The notes under the pieces were generated by a model that was given only the letters and a program-made list of their open reading frames with translations, had not been told where the DNA came from and searched no databases. Positions 30,100-39,159 of a stretch of DNA of 64,000 nt are shown piece by piece (within the stretch, counting starts at the first letter, position 1; every line of letters starts with the position of its first letter). Both the position numbers and the translations under genes were made by a program. Origin of the DNA: a virus; IMG/VR virus record IMGVR_UViG_3300032325_000464, positions 13,958-77,957 of that record, one strand, 5' to 3'.

Positions 30100-30849
30100 A
30101 TGAATAAAAAATTTGCTGCAATTAGTACTATCGCACTATTAACTACTGGATCTGGGGCTGCATTTGCTCAGATGTCAGATTTGTCCAGTTCAAAAACTGA
30201 ACAGATAATAACAGAAGTAACAAAACCAGCCCCAATAATTAACTCCCCAATAATAAAAGAAGTTCTTTTTTCTGGGCCAGTCAGGTATATAAGCCTAGAG
30301 GATGGACCAGTACTTACTTCAGATGCCCCACTTATTGGCTCTGTTGACTGGATGGCTCAGGAAAAAGCTGCCAAGGATAGACTTAAGCTTGAGGCTCAGA
30401 AAAAACAAGACGAGCTAGAAGCAGAGATTTCGAAACTAGAAAAAATTGCTAGTGATACTAAGACGCTAAATGAAACTTTGATCTTGGTAAAAAAGCAAAT
30501 TGGCAAAACCCCCTGGGTGTTTTCTGGATCTACTCCAGCAGCCTGGGATTGTTCAGGCCTAGTTATGTGGACATATGCTCACTTAGGTGTTGACCTAGAG
30601 CACAGCGCAACAAAGCAAAGAGTGTCGGGTAAGTTCGTCACTGAACCCAAAATTGGAGACCTGGTGTCTTTTAATCATCGAAGCTATGGAAGTGCATATC
30701 ACATTGGAATCTATATAGGTCCTGATGAAATGATACACGCAGGGGGCAAGCCAGGGGATAGGACCGAAGTACGTTCAATCAAGGGCTGGGCCAAGGGCAA
30801 TGGTGGTAGCGAGATTACATATACTAGAATTATTGAAACTAATAACTAA
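30100..30849 (+). CDS. Secreted NlpC/P60 cell-wall endopeptidase
   Basis: Signal peptide and coiled coil, then GKTPWVFSG...WDCSGL...GDLV.F...HIGIY...MIHA (Cys-His-His); AAGGAGG SD. Confidence 0.9.
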   Translation: MNKKFAAISTIALLTTGSGAAFAQMSDLSSSKTEQIITEVTKPAPIINSPIIKEVLFSGPVRYISLEDGPVLTSDAPLIGSVDWMAQEKAAKDRLKLEAQKKQDELEAEISKLEKIASDTKTLNETLILVKKQIGKTPWVFSGSTPAAWDCSGLVMWTYAHLGVDLEHSATKQRVSGKFVTEPKIGDLVSFNHRSYGSAYHIGIYIGPDEMIHAGGKPGDRTEVRSIKGWAKGNGGSEITYTRIIETNN

Positions 30850-30922
30850 AAATACGCTTTATTTTATTGACTTTAACCATACAACACTATATAATATTAA
30901 ATAATAATAACAAAAGGAAAAA

Positions 30923-31165
30923 ATGAAAAACATATATAAAAGCATAGTTGTTTCTGTTGTATTTGGAAATATAATTTCGTTTTCGGCAGTGGCCTGGACT
31001 TTCCCATGGGATACCTATCTTATTGATCCAACACCATATTACATTGTTGAGTCTGGAGCACTTGGATTGCTTATTGCCAGCTGTATATTTATTTATGAAT
31101 GGGTAAGATATGGCGAGAAGAAATGGCTTACCAAGATCACTGCTAGCGCAAAAATAAAGAAATAG
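30923..31165 (+). CDS. Small two-TM membrane protein
   Basis: Own TTGACT-17-TATAAT promoter and AAGGA SD; two hydrophobic segments. Confidence 0.6.
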   Translation: MKNIYKSIVVSVVFGNIISFSAVAWTFPWDTYLIDPTPYYIVESGALGLLIASCIFIYEWVRYGEKKWLTKITASAKIKK

Positions 31166-31174
31166 CATTAAAAC

Positions 31175-31212
31175 AAAAAGATACCCTCGGTTAATTCTGA
31201 GGGTATTTTTTT
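31175..31212. terminator. Bidirectional terminator
   Basis: ATACCCTC/GAGGGTAT stem flanked by an A-tract and a T-tract, between convergent genes. Confidence 0.75.
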
Positions 31213-31240
31213 AATATTTGTAAAGATATACAAATATTAT

Positions 31241-31531
31241 TTACCATTTCCCTAAAGGGCATGTAGCTTTCTCTAGTTTTGTTTTTAGATTCATAAAGCA
31301 GCCGCACTTCTTACACTGATTTGTCAAAGATATAAGTTCTGGACATAGTTTACAAATTTCTAACCTATACAAAGCCTTTTCGTCAGTAGACTTTTCGGAT
31401 TTTGGATTTATAAGATCTAGAGGTGTGACTCTTGAAGCCCTATTATCTTTAGATGCACTAACTGCATCCAAGAAACTAGAAGACTTTTTAAGATCCTTGT
31501 ATTTTTTCCAAGGACTTTTACTTTCTTCCAT
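31241..31531 (-). CDS. Cys-cluster protein (R..IC..CP...C..CGCFM..KT.L..A.CP..KW), paralog 1
   Basis: Six-Cys motif shared with 38568-38786. Confidence 0.7.
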   Translation of the reverse strand: MEESKSPWKKYKDLKKSSSFLDAVSASKDNRASRVTPLDLINPKSEKSTDEKALYRLEICKLCPELISLTNQCKKCGCFMNLKTKLEKATCPLGKW

Positions 31532-31536
31532 TTTAC

Positions 31537-31929
31537 CTACTCTGTTCCGCTAAGCCTAATTGTTGGATTGCTCTGTAGTGCCGCAATTAATGCACTCATT
31601 GGGCCGCCGTCGTCTTGCCTAAGAATTAAATTTCCATAAACAGTTTCTCCAACCAAGTATACAAATCTAAATGTTCCATCTAGAGAGTCTGGAATTGTGA
31701 TATTTTCTGAATTATCCAGATTAGTAAAAGTATTGGACTCTTCGCTATACACACTCATTTTTTGAGGCACGTAGTTTAAATCAGTAACTTCTACTACCCT
31801 GGCATTATTCTCAAATGCGTATATTTTATCTTCCATGTATGGATTTACTGCAGTACCATCTTGATTACAGTCATAGGCAAAAAATGGAAGAACGTCTTCT
31901 CCAACCACTAATTCAAATATTTTTTTCAT
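31537..31929 (-). CDS. Hypothetical acidic protein
   Basis: ORF track, 130 aa, ends IAALQSNPTI. Confidence 0.65.
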   Translation of the reverse strand: MKKIFELVVGEDVLPFFAYDCNQDGTAVNPYMEDKIYAFENNARVVEVTDLNYVPQKMSVYSEESNTFTNLDNSENITIPDSLDGTFRFVYLVGETVYGNLILRQDDGGPMSALIAALQSNPTIRLSGTE

Positions 31930-31957
31930 AGTATATTATCTCATACTTTCTCTATTT

Positions 31958-32590
31958 TTAACATGGGCAACAGTATCCGCTGCCAGTTACAATACTTCTA
32001 TTTTGGTATCCACAGTTAGTGCTTATTTCATAGTATCCAACTTCATAGTAAAGCGATCCGTTAATACATGTTTCACTGTCATAGTAGTTTCCAAAGCTCC
32101 ACGTTGGCTCACATGCTGGCGGTGGCGGTGGTGGTGGCGTACAAGAGCAACAATACTGATATGGATAGGTTACTATATCTCTAGTTTCGTAGCCAGTTAT
32201 GCTACAGTTTCTGAATTCATAGTATCCAGCCTCTGAGTAAAGACTTCCATTAATACATTCTTCACGATCCCAATAGTTTCCAAATGTCCAATCTGAACAT
32301 TCATTTGTTGGAGGTGGTGGTGGAGGTGGTGGAGGTGGTGGTGCTGAATAAGAGTATAACACAATAGAAATTGATGTTTCATAATCGACTAGTGTCCCAC
32401 TGGCTATTGAGCTACTTGAAACTGTTCCATTATTACCAGAGCTTGCTCCGCTAGATGTAGTGGTAGCTTGATCAAAAGTAAGACCAGCAGAAATAATGGC
32501 TGATTGTGCTGCTGATGAGCTTAGCCCAGAAAGATTTGGCACAGTAGTCATGCCCTTAGATGAAAAAAGTCCAGATGATAGCCCAAGCAT
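31958..32590 (-). CDS. PASTA-domain protein with poly-Pro linkers and tandem Cys-rich repeats
   Basis: TVPNLSGLS...AQSAIISAGL...GTV...GTLV PASTA pattern; P11 and P7 tracts; two FGNY.D.E.CINGSLY.E.GYYE repeats. Confidence 0.75.
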   Translation of the reverse strand: MLGLSSGLFSSKGMTTVPNLSGLSSSAAQSAIISAGLTFDQATTTSSGASSGNNGTVSSSSIASGTLVDYETSISIVLYSYSAPPPPPPPPPPPTNECSDWTFGNYWDREECINGSLYSEAGYYEFRNCSITGYETRDIVTYPYQYCCSCTPPPPPPPACEPTWSFGNYYDSETCINGSLYYEVGYYEISTNCGYQNRSIVTGSGYCCPC

Positions 32591-32593
32591 TTA

Positions 32594-33226
32594 TTAGGCC
32601 TTAAGGTCACCTATGATTAGCCACTCATTCGTGCCAATTTTAGTTAGGGTTGCGCCAGTATATTGTGAAGAAAGCTTTTTATTTGAGTTCTTGCTTCTAA
32701 TTGTAACTCCCACGCCTTCTCTAAAGGCTACTTCCCCAGTGCCTAGCCTCATGACTTCTAGTCTTGTGCCTACTGACAGTGGAACAGATGAATTAGGTGG
32801 TATGTCCAAGAAAGTGTCTGAAGAAGAGCTAATATTTATAGTTTTACCAAAGTCTGAAGCAACTAGTACGTATGTGCCTGTTTTTGTTGCTATCTGAACG
32901 TCATTAGCCGAAACCCATGTAGATAGAGTAAGGGAATAGTAAAATATTTGATTAATTACGTTTCCAGAAGAGTCTTCTCTTATAAAACAAACTGCACCAT
33001 TTTGTGGCGTTGGTATTGCCGCATCTCTAGCAGCTGGATTTTGAAAATTGTTAACTCCAGCTTTTGAATTTACGACATCTCTAAAAGATACTGAGGCAGA
33101 AAATGAATGATCTCCAGTCCAGTCGTAATCAGCTGATGTGCTGGCACTTCCTGATACTGGATACCAGGTATCTGTTGGTTCATCGTAAATATAAGCTAAT
33201 TTACCGCTAGTGCTAACCGTTGCCAT
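32594..33226 (-). CDS. Virion fibre-associated protein
   Basis: C-terminal domain homologous to the C-terminus of 23229-24629 (TY.LV..D...IP.NSSV..VGT...W...GDL). Confidence 0.65.
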   Translation of the reverse strand: MATVSTSGKLAYIYDEPTDTWYPVSGSASTSADYDWTGDHSFSASVSFRDVVNSKAGVNNFQNPAARDAAIPTPQNGAVCFIREDSSGNVINQIFYYSLTLSTWVSANDVQIATKTGTYVLVASDFGKTINISSSSDTFLDIPPNSSVPLSVGTRLEVMRLGTGEVAFREGVGVTIRSKNSNKKLSSQYTGATLTKIGTNEWLIIGDLKA

Positions 33227-33951
33227 TATCTATAGCTCCAAACTTCATATGTTCCACCGTCAAAACTAGCTGTTGGGGTCAGCGATAGCTGTACTGAGGA
33301 TATTTCATTAGTATTTTTGTAATAACCAAAATATTGACCAGCTTCAGTGCTAGCACTAGTAGATACTGGCTTTAGGGATGCAGCGGTATTTGCCAAATCA
33401 ACTGATATAGTTATGTCTTGAGTGTCAGTATTTGAAAAAAGCGGAGAGTATAATGCTCCAGCAGATAGCAATCCACCAGTATTTACATAGTTTGGCCCTG
33501 CATCATTATTAAACTTAATTACTAGCCCAGATGTTGCTGAAGAGTTATTGTGACTCCAGTCTTTTAATACTATAAAAAATTTATCGGCATCTAGCCCTGT
33601 AACACTTATAGACAATCCAGAAAGCGATCCACTGGCTGACAACACCCAAGTAGCTTTTTCAACCAAAGGGGCAATAACTGATGTTGAATCTACCCAAATA
33701 AATCCGTCTTGTGGAGAAGATGGCTTAGTAGATCCGTAATCAGATCCAATACCTGTGGACTCTACTGCGTCAATTCTTGTATCTAATGCTTTTATGTGAC
33801 CAACAACAGAGTTTGCCACAATTTGTGATTCTTGGCTAATTGGGGTGGCTGTTCCATAGTGATAAAGTTTTAGTGCAGCTTGAATATCTGCAGCATCCTC
33901 GTATCCTGGGATTTGCGTTTTATATATAGTGCCGATGTCTTCAGATGCCAT
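33226..33951 (-). CDS. Virion accessory protein
   Basis: ADIQAALKLYHYG N-terminus; PSSPQDGFIWVD fibre motif. Confidence 0.55.
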   Translation of the reverse strand: MASEDIGTIYKTQIPGYEDAADIQAALKLYHYGTATPISQESQIVANSVVGHIKALDTRIDAVESTGIGSDYGSTKPSSPQDGFIWVDSTSVIAPLVEKATWVLSASGSLSGLSISVTGLDADKFFIVLKDWSHNNSSATSGLVIKFNNDAGPNYVNTGGLLSAGALYSPLFSNTDTQDITISVDLANTAASLKPVSTSASTEAGQYFGYYKNTNEISSVQLSLTPTASFDGGTYEVWSYR

Positions 33952-33970
33952 TTTTTATCACCATTTTAAA

Positions 33971-34540
33971 TTATACCACAGTAATGAATACGTGGACTAT
34001 CTTTGTTCCAGATAAATTTGACCAAGAACTGCCAGAGTATTCCACTGCCTTTATTGTAATAGGCAATACCTGACTTCCATCAACTATTTGAATTGTTCCA
34101 ATAGTTAGTGATGCTGAAACTGGGTTACTGTTAATAATATTTAACTGAATATTAAAGTTTGTTGCTGTAAGATTTTGTTTTTCTGTAATACTTGAAATTG
34201 GAATATTGATCTGTGTTTGACCACTAACAAAAGATTTGCTATAGTTCTGACTGTAAGTATTTGGTATTAGTTTAAATAGTGGAACCCAAGCATTCGCAGC
34301 ACCAAGATTTTGATACTGATACATAAACAAATATTCTTCATCAGAGGTTAGTGTGTTTATGCAAAGATCAAATACTTCTGGAGTCTGCCCTAATACAGTT
34401 AACGGATCAGTTGGATCGCCAGCTGCAATAAAAATTTGACTGCCACGTTTACCAGTTGCACCAAGATCAACATTTACGTTAATAGAGGATGGTCCACCAA
34501 GAACTACCAAGTCATCGTTGGCTATTAAAACTTCTGGCAT
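33971..34540 (-). CDS. Virion accessory protein
   Basis: ORF track; G..G.RGS motif; lies in the structural block. Confidence 0.55.
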   Translation of the reverse strand: MPEVLIANDDLVVLGGPSSINVNVDLGATGKRGSQIFIAAGDPTDPLTVLGQTPEVFDLCINTLTSDEEYLFMYQYQNLGAANAWVPLFKLIPNTYSQNYSKSFVSGQTQINIPISSITEKQNLTATNFNIQLNIINSNPVSASLTIGTIQIVDGSQVLPITIKAVEYSGSSWSNLSGTKIVHVFITVV

Positions 34541-34884
34541 TAAACTGCTCCAGTGACATCTGCGGTAACAGAGATTGTCCCAGTAAGTAGTGTGTGTACG
34601 ACTGAATCACTGCTTTTGGCAATTTGAACATCATAGAAATAAGTAACTCCTGGAGTTAGACTTCTACCTCTTGCTGGAAGAATAGTACAAGTTATTACTC
34701 CATTTGAAATTGAAGATGTGGCCTCATACTGAGTCGCACCAGTGCCTCTCTTAGTTGCAATAAAGAATTTGCTTGAGTATCCAGCTAGGCTGAATGCTGA
34801 GCCGTCTGATGCTTTTGGGGTAACGGTGAACTCAAAAGTATCACCGTGATAGTATGAAATATTATAGGTTCCTGGAAATGCCAT
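34540..34884 (-). CDS. Small beta-sandwich virion protein (GDT motif), paralog 2 of 3
   Basis: YYHGDTF...YFYDVQI...LLTGTISV..DVT; start revised to the ATG 6 nt after TATAAT. Confidence 0.6.
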   Translation of the reverse strand: MAFPGTYNISYYHGDTFEFTVTPKASDGSAFSLAGYSSKFFIATKRGTGATQYEATSSISNGVITCTILPARGRSLTPGVTYFYDVQIAKSSDSVVHTLLTGTISVTADVTGAV

Positions 34885-34898
34885 AAGTTTATTATACA

Positions 34899-35612
34899 CT
34901 AATTAACTGATATATATATTGATTTTATTTTCACTTCGGAATCAAGATCTGTCCTTATTTGTGGGACAATTCCTGCATTTTTATGTGCCTCTGAAAATAT
35001 TGCCATGTTATGGGTTATTGACATTTCATAAGTATGCTGATATTTTAAATTTGCACAAAATGTTGTGACCGAATCATCTAATCCAAAAAATTGAGATCTC
35101 ATCCATACTTCTGTATTTGAACTAAAAGTTGTAATCTCAATATCATAGGTTATCTGTACTTGAGCACCTACCTTTAGTCCTCTTGTATTTATTTTTCTGG
35201 TATCTTTAATGTAAAGACTTACTGAATCTTCTGGTAGAAAATCTTCGATAGATGCTTCTGAATCTACATAAAGATCAACCCAACCATCTACCCCCCTAGA
35301 AGCGCCTGCAGCGGTGGCTTTAGGCTTTTTATTTTTATAAAGTGCCCAGCCAACATTTTGATTATATTTTGGAAAATACGATTTACCATCTTTACCATCT
35401 TTTCCAGGAATCCCGCGCTCACCCCTAGGTCCAGTAATGCTTTCTCCAGGATCTCCATTTTTTCCAGGATCTCCCTTTGGTCCTATTGGACCTGGAGGGC
35501 CTTGAGGACCAGGAACAGCAAAAAATACTCCTTCTTGTGGTGTTTCGACGGATTGTTTTACTTTTGAGGCATACCCAGATGTGGGGAAATCGATGTTAGA
35601 TGAAGTTGCCAT
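34899..35612 (-). CDS. Collagen-like (Gly-X-Y) virion protein
   Basis: GPQGPPGPIGPKGDPGKNGDPGE...GPRGERGIPGKDGKDG. Confidence 0.8.
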   Translation of the reverse strand: MATSSNIDFPTSGYASKVKQSVETPQEGVFFAVPGPQGPPGPIGPKGDPGKNGDPGESITGPRGERGIPGKDGKDGKSYFPKYNQNVGWALYKNKKPKATAAGASRGVDGWVDLYVDSEASIEDFLPEDSVSLYIKDTRKINTRGLKVGAQVQITYDIEITTFSSNTEVWMRSQFFGLDDSVTTFCANLKYQHTYEMSITHNMAIFSEAHKNAGIVPQIRTDLDSEVKIKSIYISVN

Positions 35613-35629
35613 ACATCTATTATCTCAGA

Positions 35630-37018
35630 CTATTCGGCAGCTATGTAAGTACCGCTAACATAAAAATAATTTGCTGTTGTTAGCGTTATCGGTGTATTGT
35701 GATCAAATGCTATATCTCTAGCACTTGAGCCTGGGTGCCATAAAGTCATTTGCACAGTTCCATCTTCTGCATCTGCTGATATTGCATGGTGATTTCCAGT
35801 TGATGTATCGTGGAACCCACCGTCTCTAAATATATAGTCTGAAATTGGAGCAAACGGCAAAGTTAGGGAGTACTGGCCAGTTCCAAAGTTTGTAACATTT
35901 GTTAAAGTAACTTTAATATTAAAGCTAACCAAGTCACCAATTCTAACATATGAGCCAACCGCTGGAGTGCCAGTATACGCTAGACCAGTTCCAGTCCAAC
36001 TAGGGGTATAGGATGATGTGGTTGTTCCAATAGCATCTACGTAACCACGAGTAGCAATTCTTGTTTCTCCACCAACAGTTGGCGTACCAAGATAGGCATA
36101 TGAACTTCCTGGGTAAAGAATAATATCATTATCTGCTTCAATAGTTAAATTAGATCCATCTGATGCAATTTTTTCAGTTTCATTATCACCAAAAACAATT
36201 CCTCCTTTAGATGAATCTTGATTTCCTTGGATAGAAATATGATTGGCCTCATTTACGTCACCAATCCAAGCATCGTCACCGATCTTAACATTTTGCCCAT
36301 CGCCATTGTGAGTTACATAAAGTTTGTCATAGCTATTCCCTGCAATTGCACCAGTGTCTGTTAGATAAAGTCCGTATTCGTTTTCATCTGTAATGCCAGA
36401 TGCAATAGCGTTGTAGGCAGTAGAGTTATACTCTAAGACCCAAATTTCTTTGTTTGGAGCAGTATTCTCTACGTTTGGTACTGGGACACCTAGTGTCAGA
36501 GTAAAACTTTCATCGGATCCGAAAGACTTAAATGTCCAGGATTGAGGAACACCTTTTGAGATAGCATAATTAATGTAAGCATCTACCTGTGGAGTTCTTG
36601 CAATTGCAATTGAATTACCATATGTAGCATGGCTAAAGTATCCATAGTCAACAGAATAGTCGCTTGCTTCTTGAAAAGCCTTTAATGGTAGATAAGCTGA
36701 AAGACCTGCAACTATAAGACCATTTGTGTATTCTGTCCAAGAATCGGTTCCTGGCGGATACCCTGGATTGCCTGGGTTGGTGGCTCTTATAAAAAGTTGT
36801 CCTGGATTTCCATATGGACTTCCAACTGGAATACTTACGATCGCACCAATTGGATAGCTTGCTCCGTTGTTATATTCACCTAAGTAATTAGGATATTGAC
36901 CATCTGCACCATCGGCACCTGGGGCACCGTCAGCGCCATCTGCTCCGTCAGCACCTGCTGGCCCCTGTGGTCCTGGAGTTCCTTCTCCACTACCACCTAT
37001 AGTAGTGAAACGTGCCAT
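35630..37018 (-). CDS. Collagen-like tail fibre protein
   Basis: GTPGPQGPAGADGADGADGAPGADGADG; C-terminal YTPSW...GSYVRIGDLV...LTLPF fibre-tip domain. Confidence 0.75.
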   Translation of the reverse strand: MARFTTIGGSGEGTPGPQGPAGADGADGADGAPGADGADGQYPNYLGEYNNGASYPIGAIVSIPVGSPYGNPGQLFIRATNPGNPGYPPGTDSWTEYTNGLIVAGLSAYLPLKAFQEASDYSVDYGYFSHATYGNSIAIARTPQVDAYINYAISKGVPQSWTFKSFGSDESFTLTLGVPVPNVENTAPNKEIWVLEYNSTAYNAIASGITDENEYGLYLTDTGAIAGNSYDKLYVTHNGDGQNVKIGDDAWIGDVNEANHISIQGNQDSSKGGIVFGDNETEKIASDGSNLTIEADNDIILYPGSSYAYLGTPTVGGETRIATRGYVDAIGTTTSSYTPSWTGTGLAYTGTPAVGSYVRIGDLVSFNIKVTLTNVTNFGTGQYSLTLPFAPISDYIFRDGGFHDTSTGNHHAISADAEDGTVQMTLWHPGSSARDIAFDHNTPITLTTANYFYVSGTYIAAE

Positions 37019-37302
37019 TAGCTGCCAGCCTCTAGGCTAGTCTTAAGAATAGCAACAGTCGAACCATTGGTTGCAGAAATTGCGTATAGTGGGCTTGGCC
37101 CAGAAAGCTCTACAGACCAGGCTGTCCCTGGTGCAAGGCGGAATCCAAAGCTTGAAGATGTTACGCCTTCTCCACCAAGATATACATATGCTGATTCGTG
37201 CAGATTCTGTACTGTAATGTCAGTTCCAGTGTGCAAACCATTTGGGGTAAGTCTGGTTGCTGTTGAGTTACTCAAAGTAACTATTGCATGTGTAGTTGCC
37301 AT
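37018..37302 (-). CDS. Small beta-rich virion protein
   Basis: ITVQN...VYLGG..VT...GFRL.PG motif; ORF track. Confidence 0.55.
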   Translation of the reverse strand: MATTHAIVTLSNSTATRLTPNGLHTGTDITVQNLHESAYVYLGGEGVTSSSFGFRLAPGTAWSVELSGPSPLYAISATNGSTVAILKTSLEAGS

Positions 37303-37387
37303 TATTTATTCACCTTATATATTTTAGACCCAATTTTAATAACTGGGGGTAGTGCTAAATTGTTTGTAGTAACCTTAATAACTGGCA

Positions 37388-37780
37388 TTATAGACTTCCT
37401 CCAGTTACATCACCAATAACAGTAATTGTTCCTAATACTGGTGTCCAGACAGTATCATCAATGATAATTTCTAGGTCAAAGGCTAGCTCTGCAACTACAG
37501 ATCCAGATCCAGTACCCCAATTTGCAGTAATGTCAGAGGATGCTACAATATCTACATATCCTACGCCCTCAATAACCTCTAGTTCGTCAAGTAGGTCTCC
37601 TCTGGTATCATATGCAGAAGATGCAAATTCCCAGTCAGATGTGTCAAAAAAAGTTACCTCATCGTTATCAAGAAACTGGACACGGAGTTTGGCGGTATCG
37701 CCTCGGACTATATTCCATTTAATAACAATAGGATTTGATCCAAAATATTCATCAGGGCAGCAGGTTGCAGAAGTAGTCAT
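37388..37780 (-). CDS. Small beta-sandwich virion protein (GDT motif), paralog 3 of 3
   Basis: WNIVRGDT...FDLEI...VWT.V.G.I.V..DVT. Confidence 0.6.
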   Translation of the reverse strand: MTTSATCCPDEYFGSNPIVIKWNIVRGDTAKLRVQFLDNDEVTFFDTSDWEFASSAYDTRGDLLDELEVIEGVGYVDIVASSDITANWGTGSGSVVAELAFDLEIIIDDTVWTPVLGTITVIGDVTGGSL

Positions 37781-37878
37781 AGTAATATAATTATACATCA
37801 ATATAAGAAAAAACTAGCACCCAAGGAGGTGGGTATGAGAGACATCCCTGGGCGCCAGTCTATATAGATTATATCACA

Positions 37879-38095
37879 TTATCCACAGATTTTTTGTAGT
37901 TATTCACAGTTTTGTATTAGTTATCCACAGTTTTTTAATAGTTTTAAAAAATTTACACAATCGTAACAATTGATTTTATATATTTTGTTGCTTTTGGCTT
38001 TTTTATGTGTATAATATCTATATATATTAAATAATAAAAGATATGTTAACTAGCTTTATAGCTTTATATATTATATATAATAATCGGTTTTAAGT
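37879..38095 (+). promoter_or_regulatory. DnaA-box cluster plus AT-rich tract (oriC-like putative origin)
   Basis: TTATCCACA 37879, TTATTCACA 37900, TTATCCACA 37921 (21-bp period), then a very AT-rich intergenic stretch. Confidence 0.65.
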
Positions 38096-38105
38096 TTTCG
38101 CAGTT

Positions 38106-38390
38106 TTACTTCTGACGAGATACGTAGTTGATAAACATTTCTGTTAGATGATCTAGTTTAGAATCTAGCTTTTCGTGATATTCTTCACCTTTTATATTTT
38201 GATTCTTTAGACTAACTATATCTCGTTCTAGCCTATTAACCTGATCTTTCATTGATGATCCACCGTTAGGCTTTAGCTCTTGAAGCACGTCTTTTAGATA
38301 GTGGCGTATCGCCCACCTGACAGAAACACCGATGATTGTTAAAATTGATAGGGTTGTAAGGGTTAGGCCTAGCCAGTCTTGAATTGTCAT
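38106..38390 (-). CDS. Single-TM membrane protein (actinophage ELKPNGGSS type, holin-like)
   Basis: N-terminal TM followed by ELKPNGGSSMKDQVNRLE coiled coil. Confidence 0.6.
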   Translation of the reverse strand: MTIQDWLGLTLTTLSILTIIGVSVRWAIRHYLKDVLQELKPNGGSSMKDQVNRLERDIVSLKNQNIKGEEYHEKLDSKLDHLTEMFINYVSRQK

Positions 38391-38567
38391 GATAATACAA
38401 TTATAAGTGATTTTTTTTATATATAGAATATAAAGTTCGCGGCTATAAGTTCAAAATTAAAAACGAAAAATTCGGCGGAATAAGAGATACTACACACATA
38501 TCTACAAGTAATGAATGCAAGCATTCTCTATGTAGACAAGGTGAGAATTTTATGGTATTATTGCTGT

Positions 38568-38786
38568 ATGGCTTCTGGAGACGATAAGAAAAAAGATGTG
38601 GTGTTCTTTGACTTATTTGATCCGAGGCAGCCTAGAAGCGACAGAGAGCTAATAGAGGCACGTTTAGCAATTTGCAATGAATGTCCCTGGCTAGATAAAA
38701 GATTAACAAAATGTCGACAGTGTGGCTGCTTTATGAAACTAAAGTCTACATTAAAACAGGCCTCGTGCCCTTTAGAGAAATGGTGA
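38568..38786 (+). CDS. Cys-cluster protein, paralog 2
   Basis: RLAICNECP...KCRQCGCFMKLKSTL..ASCPLEKW; start revised to leaderless ATG 38568. Confidence 0.7.
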   Translation: MASGDDKKKDVVFFDLFDPRQPRSDRELIEARLAICNECPWLDKRLTKCRQCGCFMKLKSTLKQASCPLEKW

Positions 38787-38788
38787 GT

Positions 38789-38977
38789 ATGGAAAAAGAA
38801 AAAGTAGTCGAAATGATGACTAATTTTGTAATTAATCTAAATAGAGAAGAAATGGCTAAAACTGGTCAACTAAATCAAACCCAGATAGATCAAATGATTC
38901 AGCAAGTAACAGAGTCAATCTATATGATTAACTCAAAAATATATGATCTGCTAGATGATAATGGAATTATTTCATAA
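38789..38977 (+). CDS. Small hypothetical protein
   Basis: MEKEKVVEMM..., coupled to its neighbours. Confidence 0.55.
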   Translation: MEKEKVVEMMTNFVINLNREEMAKTGQLNQTQIDQMIQQVTESIYMINSKIYDLLDDNGIIS

Positions 38978-39159
38978 TGGTAGATAAGGTCCCATATGTA
39001 AAAGATTATCAGAATAAAGCAGTTCTGGAATCATATCTAGTAAAAGGTTATGGATCAAGAGAGATTGCTAAAGACTATCATGTATCATATAAGCTTGTTA
39101 ATTTATGGTTGTTACAACATGGACTCATCAGACCAACGTCAGAGCTGGCTCTTCCGTAA
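38977..39159 (+). CDS. Small helix-turn-helix protein
   Basis: GYGSREIAKDYHVSYKLVNLWL HTH-like pattern. Confidence 0.55.
   Translation: MVDKVPYVKDYQNKAVLESYLVKGYGSREIAKDYHVSYKLVNLWLLQHGLIRPTSELALP

Noticed and set aside
30005-30140. T4 gene 60-style translational bypass from the uORF into NlpC/P60
   Set aside because: The repeated 11-mer is read in different codon phases, and the main gene has its own strong SD and signal peptide.
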